Positions 54,001 through 61,450 of a DNA stretch of 61,450 nt are shown in pieces. Position 1 is the first letter of the stretch. Every line of letters begins with the position of its first letter. The notes beneath the pieces are model-generated. The model had not been told where the DNA came from and did no database searches. It worked only from the letters and a program-made list of their open reading frames with translations. The stretch comes from Mobula birostris (Eukaryota): assembly GCF_030028105.1 (NCBI RefSeq), contig NC_092373.1, forward strand, positions 45,427,451 through 45,488,900. The letters run 5' to 3'. The translations under genes and the position numbers were made by a program.

Positions 54001-54186
54001 CGGTAATACTTCCAACCATCTGGGCATATCTTCAGACACTTCAGGCTGAACCTTACTTTCTGGGTTTGGGATTATCTGCATTCAGTTTTAGTGGCCTAAT
54101 TGCAGACCCCATTCTTGGTCATTTATCAGACAGATCACGAAGGACTAAAGCAATCATATTATTTGCTAATTTATTTGAGATTGCAG
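54001..54186 (+). CDS. MFSD8-like transporter, coding exon 2
   Basis: TTTCAG acceptor; (A)VILPTIWAYLQTLQAEPYFLGLGLSAFSFSGLIADPILGHLSDRSRRTKAIILFANLFEIA(G), containing MFS motif A (GHLSDRSRRT); GTACGT donor; 186 nt. Confidence 0.93.
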
Positions 54187-54919
54187 GTACGTCATGCTTG
54201 TGTACTTTATTTGCCATTTTAATACACATCAAAAGCAGTGGTGTCTGATCAGAAGAGAACACTGGGTGGAAAGACCGATAAAGTAATGTTAATATTGTTA
54301 TATATTAAGCATTTTACCAATATTATAAATATCGTTTTAAGAATATTTCCTCTTGTGTCATCTGTTCCCAGTTTGTGCAATGATAACTCACAGAACAAAC
54401 ATTTAATTGAGAATCCTGAGGCAGGTGAAATAGTGAAGAAATAAATAATTAAGAGTATAAGGATGTAGGATTGTTTTGGAACATGAGAGATGAGGTCATC
54501 TGTTTACTAACTCCAGAAATGAAATCATTAATGATACAATAAGACTCAGCTTTTAAAATTAAAATACCACTTGATTGGTGAAAATCTACCTAATCAAGCA
54601 CTTGTTGGAGGCCCACTTGTCCATTAAATTTACCTGCATTAAAAAAATTAATATAGTGTCTCTGGTTATTTAGTAGTTGAAGGAAAATTATTTGTTAACA
54701 TTTTAATTGACGTATAAATAAGAATATAATCCAGCTCTGTCTTAAGCAATAATAATACAAAGAATCCCACTCAAAACTGATTTCTTTGTACTTTTTATTG
54801 CTCTGCAAACCTCAGATTATTTTATTATTTATACAAACCTTTTTGTTGCAAAGAAATATTCAGATGTAATGTATCGATGGCTTGAATTTTGTGGATTAAT
54901 ATCACAACTTTGATTTTAG

Positions 54920-54982
54920 GCAATTTTATGTACTTCATTGGATATTCAAAATGGCTGTTACTTGGCAGTCGGCTTGTTGCAG
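54920..54982 (+). CDS. MFSD8-like transporter, coding exon 3
   Basis: TTTTAG acceptor; (G)NFMYFIGYSKWLLLGSRLVA(G); GTAAG donor; 63 nt. Confidence 0.92.
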
Positions 54983-55251
54983 GTAAGATCAAGTTAAACG
55001 GTGTGTTATTGTTGAGGAAGTCTGTCATTGTTCATCTACCCTTACTAGATGTTTTATTCATATAGTCATTCTTATCCAATGATTTTACAACTTTATAATT
55101 ACAATAACATTGCAAGATTTCAAAAATCTGTTAGGTTATTTGAAATATTTTTATGTTTTCACCCTTTATGTTTTAAAAAAGATGGTTGAAGATGGAGGTT
55201 TAAAGGCAGTTAGGAACTGACGGTAAATTGTTGTTGGCCTTGTCAGCACAG

Positions 55252-56842
55252 CAGTGCCTATAAAAAGTATTTCCACCCCCCCCCCCCCCAGAAGTTTTCA
55301 TGTGTTACTGTTTTACACGTTTGAATCACGGTGATTTGATTTGGCTTTTTTGACACTAATTAACAGAGAAAGACCTGTGTCAAAGTGAAAACAGAACTCT
55401 ACAAAGTGACTAAAATTATTACAGGTAATTGATTGCATAAGCATTCACACCCCTCCCCTTAAAATGCCACACTAAAAATCATCACTGGTGCAGCCAATTG
55501 GTTTTAGAAGTCACTTAATTAGTGAAATTGAGATCTGTTTTTTGAGAGCTATGTGCAGTCAAGGTGCTTCAATTGATTGCAGTTAAAATACGCCTGTATC
55601 TGGAAAGTCCAACTGCTGGTGAGTCAGTATCCTGGCAAAAACTATACCATGAAGACAAAAGTATACTCCAAACAATTCCACGAAAAGGTTATTGAAAAGC
55701 ACAAGTCAGGTGATGGGTGCAAGAAAATTTTCAAGTCACTGTATATCCCTTGGAGTACAGTTAAGTCAATCATCAAGAAATGGTAAGAATATGGCATAGC
55801 TGTATATTTGTTTAGAGCAGGCTGTCCTCAGAAACTGAGTGACCGTGCAAAAAGGGGAATAGTGAGGGAGTCCATCAAGAGACCTATGACAACTCTGGAG
55901 GAGTTACAAGCTTCAGTAGCTGAGATGGGAGAGAATGCACATACAACAACTGTTGTTGGGGTGCTTCACCAGTTGCAGATTTATGGGAGAGTGCTGGACA
56001 AAAAAAACTCTCATAAAATCTTGACTGGAGTTTGCCAGAAGGCATCTGGGAGGCTCTGAAGTCAGTTGGAAGAAGATTTTGTCGTCTGATGTAACCAAAA
56101 TTGAGCTTTTTGGCCATCAGACCAAACACCGCACATCATCAAAACTGCATCATCCCTATGGTGAAGCATGGTACTGGCTGCATGATACTGTGGGGATGTT
56201 TCACTTCAGCAGGCACTGGAAGGCTTGTGAAGGTAGGGGGTAAAATGAATGCAGCAAAATACAAGGAAATGCTGGAGAAAACCTGATGCAGTCTGCAAGA
56301 CAACTGTGACTTGGGAGAAGATTTGTTTTCCAGCCAGGCAATGACCCCAAGCATAAAGCTTAAAACAGGAATGGCTTAAAAACAATGTTGATGTCCTGGA
56401 GTGGCCAAATTAGTGTCCAGACTGCAATCCAATTGAGAATTTGTGGCTGAATCTGAAAGGAGGCTGTTCCCTCGCAATCCCCATGCAACCTGACAGAGTT
56501 TGAGCAGTTGCATAAAGAAGAATGGGGAAAGATTGCAGTGTCCAGATGTGCAAAGCTGATAGAGACCTATCCACAGAGACTGTAGGGTGTAATTGCTACC
56601 AAAGGTGCATCTAATAAATACTGACTTAAAGGGGGTGAATACTTGTGCAATCAATTGTTTTGTGTTTTTGGTTTAATTAGTTTAGATCACTTTGTAGAGA
56701 TCTGTTACTACTTCTGCAAGAAAATGTCTTTTTCTGGTGATCATTACAAAAAAAGCCAAATTAAATCCACTGTGATTCAATGTCATAAAACAATAAAACA
56801 TGAAAACTTCCAAGGGGGTTGAATAATTTTTATTGGTGGCTG
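55252..56842 (+). mobile_element. Tc1/mariner DNA transposon, decayed transposase (55649-56624)
   Basis: Long TIRs CAGTGCCTATAAAAAGTATT ... AATAATTTTTATTGGTGGCTG(TA); MKTK...IPWSTVKSIIKKW and VKHG.GCMILWGCF peptides, NDPKH and NPIENLW remnants; multiple stops. Confidence 0.9.
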
Positions 56843-57113
56843 TATATTCTGAGTTAAAAACAAATTTTGAACTGTTGTATTATAATATCAGTAGTTCAGT
56901 GAAAGGGAGGAAGAATGGAACCTACATATAGAATGGAGTATCTAGGAATGGTGAACTATATTGTATTTTATGCCAAGTCGATTGTATATTTCAATGATAT
57001 TTACCTGTAATTTGTCAATGGGTGTTTTGGACTCCAATCAAAGAAGGAGAAGATTGAATGGGAATCTTGCTGAACAGTTCCAGATACTTCAACATATCAA
57101 GAATAATAATATA

Positions 57114-57612
57114 CAGTCATGGTCACTTTATTAGCTAGCTCTATACCTGCTCATAATGCAAATATATAATTAGCCAATTGTGTGACAGCAACCCAATGCA
57201 TTTATGGAGATATGGGTTATTCAGACCAAAGATCAGAATGAGGAAGAAATGTGATCTAGGTGACTTTAACAGTGGAATGATTGTTGGTGGCAAACGAGGT
57301 TATTTGAGTATCTTAGAAGCTGCTGACTTAGGAATTTTCATGCAGAACAGTCTTGAGAGCACTGTTTCCCAATCTGGGGTGCACGAACCCCTCGGCTAAT
57401 GGTAAAGCTGCATGGAATGAAACTGGTTGAGAACCCTTGCTTTAGAGTTTACAGAGGATGCTTGGATAAGCAAAAGACATCCAATGAGCTGTAGTTCCTT
57501 GGGTGAAAATGCCTTATTAATTAGCAAATTCAGAGGAGAATGGCCAGGATGGACTACAGCAGAAGAATACACTGGGTTCCACTGCTGTACCTAATAAAGT
57601 GGCCACTGAATG
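57114..57612. mobile_element. Non-autonomous Tc1-like element with nested hAT-like MITE (57360-57439)
   Basis: TA-flanked imperfect TIRs (TGGTCACTTTATTAG / CTAATAAAGTGGCCA); KKCDLGDFNSGMIVG remnant; MITE has imperfect 8-bp TSD CTTGAGAG/CTTTAGAG. Confidence 0.7.
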
Positions 57613-57912
57613 TATGATTGAAGGATGACGCCTTAGAATAAAAGTAATAAATCTACTTGCAAAGAGCAAATAAGTAGGAATAGACTACATAGTGAAACAC
57701 TGAAAGCCGACAAGGTTTTAAAATGTAAGCGAGAATGTGATTAAACGGATCAAGAGATTTAAATAGTGAACTTTTTTTATATTCATGAACAGCATATTGA
57801 AAACAGGTATTTATTCTCTTAAACATATCTATCTATCTATATTTGCAATAATATAGTTTGGAATCAAATCTTTTGTCCTTTCTAGTGGGTGACCTATTCC
57901 TTTATAATTGTA

Positions 57913-58442
57913 CCTAAAAGTTGCTGGTGAACACAGCAGGCCAGGCAGCATCTCTAGGAAGAGGTGCAGTCGACGTTTCAGGCCGAGACCCTTCGTCAGG
58001 ACTAACTGAAGGAAGAGTTAGTAAGAGATTTGAACCCCATCCGTTATTTATTTTTATACACACATTCTTTCTCTCACTCTCCTTTTCTCCCTCTGTCCCT
58101 CTGACCATACCCCTTGCCCATCCTCTGGGTTCCCCCCCACCCTTGTCTTTCTCCCCGGACCTCCTGTCCCATGATCCTCTCATATCTCCTTTGCCAATCA
58201 CCTGTCCAGCTCTTGGCTCCATCCCTCCCCCTCCCGTCTTCTCCTATCATTTTGGATCTCCCCTCGCCCTCCCACTTTCAAATCCCTTACTCACTCTTCC
58301 TTCAGTTAGTCCTGACGAAGGGTCTCGGCCTGAAACGTCGCCTGCACCTCTTCCTAGAGATGCTGCCTGGCCTGCTGCGTTCACCAGCAACTTTTATGTG
58401 TGTTGCTTGAATTTCCAGTATCTGCAGAATTCCTGTTGTTTG
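57913..58442. mobile_element. Penelope-derived inverted-repeat insertion (donor of the 43346-43526 copy)
   Basis: Left arm 57913-58034 (minus), right arm 58035-58442 with tail; 14-bp TSD CCTTTATAATTGTA (57899-57912 and 58443-58456). Confidence 0.92.
57968..58003 (-). ncRNA. Minimal type I hammerhead ribozyme motif
   Basis: Minus strand reads AGUC-CUGACGA-A-GGGU(CUCG)GCCU-GAAA-C-GUC^GACU; predicted cleavage between 57972 and 57971. Confidence 0.75.
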
Positions 58443-59145
58443 CCTTTATAATTGTATCAGCTCCAGACTTCGAGGTGAATGGTCCTAGGTTTGAATCCAG
58501 CTGCCTCCTTGCATACTTTCCATCCATGCTGGGTTGAGCATAAAGCTAGCAACACAGCCTCATTTTAAAAAAAAACATAGAGAAATGCTCAAGAAACGGC
58601 AAGGTTGCCCTCCCGATGTGTCACAAGGTGCAGAGAGGAACAACAATCAAATTTATTACCATATTTTATTTCCCATGTGACATATTTGCTGATAAATTGT
58701 CCATCTTTCTATTGTTCAAAGTGGAAGAGAAATAGGAATTCTAATATGTTGATAATTTTTTTTAACCTAGCTGTTAATTGTTTTTCTGGTGATCTTATTA
58801 TCTTTAAATATTTGCTGAATATTATTTAATTTCTTAGTAAACAATTATTATCTCATTACTTATTTATTTTCTTTTCTGTAAAGTCTTCACCAACCCACAT
58901 TTCAACCTTCAGCTCAAGAAACAGAAAAAAGTATCAATTTTTGCCTTATCTTTTTGGGAAAAAAAATGTTGTTGAAATTTAGTTCACATCAAGCTGTTTT
59001 GGAAATGATTATTTGCAGGGGACAGGAATTATTCATTTTGTTCTCTATGAACTCAACCAATCAAATACTGAATATTAGATTCTAGTAAATGATGCTGTAC
59101 TTGCCTTGATGCTCCCAAGAAAAGGAATAAATTCATTTCTTGCAG

Positions 59146-59265
59146 GTGTTGGGACTGGTGCTGGTGCATGCATTTTTGGATATCTTACTCGTTCTACAAC
59201 AACAGAGGAACGGGCTACAGTGTTTGCAGTCATTATGGCTGCACGACAGGCTGGGTTGTTGATTG
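59146..59265 (+). CDS. MFSD8-like transporter, coding exon 4 (gene continues beyond window)
   Basis: TTGCAG acceptor; (G)VGTGAGACIFGYLTRSTTTEERATVFAVIMAARQAGLLI(G); GTAAGT donor; 120 nt. Confidence 0.93.
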
Positions 59266-59579
59266 GTAAGTAAATATTAATGAATAATATACTCTAGTGC
59301 AAAATTATTGCTGCTATCATATCTAGAAATTTGCACTGTAATTCATGAAAGACATTAACAATTGCAGTCATTTCAAAGATAAAAACATTCCACCTTTATG
59401 GACACTAATTGTGTCATCAGCAGTTGCCATTATCCTAATAAATGTTCAGTTTTCATTTCAACATCACATTAACAGTAAACAATTAAACCCTGCCCTTCCA
59501 CCATCACCATTGAGCATATTTTTAAACAGTAATTTGATACCCATTCATCTCTTTACCAGTTTGACAGTTTTGTGAACGT

Positions 59580-59768
59580 GAGGTTCTGTAGAGGTTGGAA
59601 ATCCAGCATAACGCATACAAAATGCAGGAGGATCTCAACAGGTCAGGCAGCATCTCTGGAAAAGAACAAACAGTTGATGTTTCAGGTCAAGATCCTTCAT
59701 TAGTTTATTCCTTTCCATTGATGCTGCCTGAACTGCTGAGTTCCTGCAGCATTTTGTAAGTGTTACTC
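59580..59768. mobile_element. Old Penelope mini inverted repeat (second subfamily)
   Basis: ACAAAATGCAGGAGGATCTCA...CAGGCAGCATC and GATGCTGCCTGA...AGCATTTTGT arms; hammerhead degenerate. Confidence 0.7.
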
Positions 59769-60601
59769 AACAGGTTTGTTAATTTGCCTTGTTACATTTT
59801 GAATGAAATTTCTAATACAGTCCGGTGTATTTCCATCTTTCAAACCCCAAACATCCAAAGAATGACAGTTTTACTTTCACTTACGATATTTCATTATTTT
59901 GCTTTCATCTTGAAATAATTTTCACAGTTCCCCCATGCTTCCTTTCCTTTATCAACAGCTGATAAGACCAAGTGTATTGAATCAGAGAGACTATTGGCAG
60001 GAAATTGACATATAATCTAATGTAATTGTGGCATATTTGTTTTGCTGTGTTTTGAAGCATACAATTTTTTATAATTGCAGAAATATAATACATAAGAAGA
60101 ATATGTAATATTCTTTGTCTTTAGAACCACTGGTGCTTGTCAACAAAAGTAGCAAATGTAGCAGTTCTAAAATTGCATTTGCCATGTAAGAAATAAGCAT
60201 GAGAACACCTCAGAAATTTGAGTAAGACCTGATTCTCACCCCAAGTGCTTCATAACTACCCAGCACCCAAACCATGCATGTGGCTCCTGTGTTCCTTGAA
60301 AATGATACATATCACAATTTTCTGAACACAAAGATACATCATCTGCATTTACATCAAGAAACCGGAGTTGAAAAGAGATGAATCTTGTGTTGATTTATTG
60401 ACCCTTTTTTTCACATAAGTTCCATGAAAAAGCATTTTATTCTGTATCACAAATTTTTGGGTCACAATTTGTGAATACAGTAAGGACAAATTTCCTTACA
60501 GGAAGGCAGCTATGTAGAATTGGAATTTCCCTTTAACTTGTTGGCTGAGGGATGAACAGTATTCATTTGGGTAGTCGATACTCTAATGCCATAGTCAAAA
60601 T

Positions 60602-61450
60602 CACTGGGCAACAAATTTTTCGAAAGTGCTGCTTCCTTAGAATTTTTGTTTATGATGGACCACAAAGCTGAACACAATTATAATTTCTGATTGCACAATG
60701 GAATTTGGAGAAACAAGAAATTAACTTTTATTGACTACAGTGTGCTTTGTAGTAGTTTTACTAGGCTAAAATGTTTTGTTGATGATGTTGATTTTTGTTT
60801 GTACATAGTGTCTGAGGCATCTCCCTTAAATGTCCAACTATAATCAGCCAACGTTGATGGATTCCTGTTGCCCCGATACCGTTTCTTCATAACTGCGATG
60901 TCCTGGTGAAACCTTTCACCATGTTCATCACTGTCAGCACCAATATTTGCAGGGAAGAATGGGAATGCAGGAAGTGAATGTTTAGTGACATGTTGCACTT
61001 CATGGCTTTGTTTGCTTGAAGCATGTTGTCAACCAGCTGCACATAGTTTGGTTTTTAAACGCAAACAACAGGAATTCTGCAGATGCTGGAAATTCAAGCA
61101 ACACACATCAAAGTTGCTGGTGAACGCAGCAGGCCAGGCAGCATCTCTAGGATATCCCTTACTCACTCTTCCTTCAGTTAGTCCTGACGAAGGGTCTCGG
61201 CCTGAAACGTCGACTGCACCTCTTCCTAGAGATGCTGCCTGGCCTGCTGTGTTCACCAGCAACTTTGATGTGTGTTGCACATAGTTTGGTACTCTGTAGT
61301 TGCCAAGAAGATTTTTCAACAGCATCCTTGAATGCCCTCCATGTGACTTTTCTCTGGTCCACGAGAAGTTCTTGGAATTTTCTGTCATTAATGACCTGTT
61401 TGATCTGTGGACCAACAAAAATACCTTTCTTAATTTTGGCATCAGTTATT
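60602..61450 (-). mobile_element. Probable Chapaev3 (CMC superfamily) DNA transposon relic, 3' end
   Basis: Minus-strand peptides DAKIKEGIFVGPQI, LGNYRVPNY and FFPANIGADSDEHGERFHQDIAVMKKRY...LADYSWT; CACTGGGCAACAAA terminus at 60602. Family assignment is from motif recall. Confidence 0.7.
61053..61275. mobile_element. Penelope-derived inverted-repeat insertion nested in the Chapaev-like transposase
   Basis: 15-bp TSD TGCACATAGTTTGGT (61038-61052 and 61276-61290); intact hammerhead core at 61180-61215 (+). Confidence 0.9.

Noticed and set aside
43346-57973. A 14-kb inversion or large TIR transposon bounded by the 181-bp inverted pair
   Set aside because: The CR1 is collinear across the insert, the donor keeps both TSD copies, and MFSD8-like exons 1-4 remain in order on the same strand.

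Overview
Vertebrate nuclear DNA, most likely from a cartilaginous fish (inferred from the HE1-like SINE, CR1/HER1-like LINE and Penelope repeat content). Two spliced + strand genes can be reconstructed by eye: a complete POLR2H/RPB8 (5 coding exons, 15666-32924, 150 aa) and the first four coding exons of an MFSD8-like MFS transporter (38833-59265, continuing past the window). Much of the remainder is decayed mobile DNA: CR1 and Rex1-type LINEs, tRNA-derived SINEs, a Gypsy relic with a nested solo LTR, Tc1 elements and a probable Chapaev3 relic. The most notable structure is a Penelope-like family that inserts as asymmetric inverted repeats with 10-15 bp TSDs and carries a minimal type I hammerhead ribozyme motif. 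A 181-bp segment (Penelope arm plus unique host flank, 57793-57973) has been copied, inverted, into a CR1 at 43346-43526, and its start lies within 2 nt of the predicted hammerhead cleavage site. All alignments were done by eye; repeat boundaries without TSDs are approximate.
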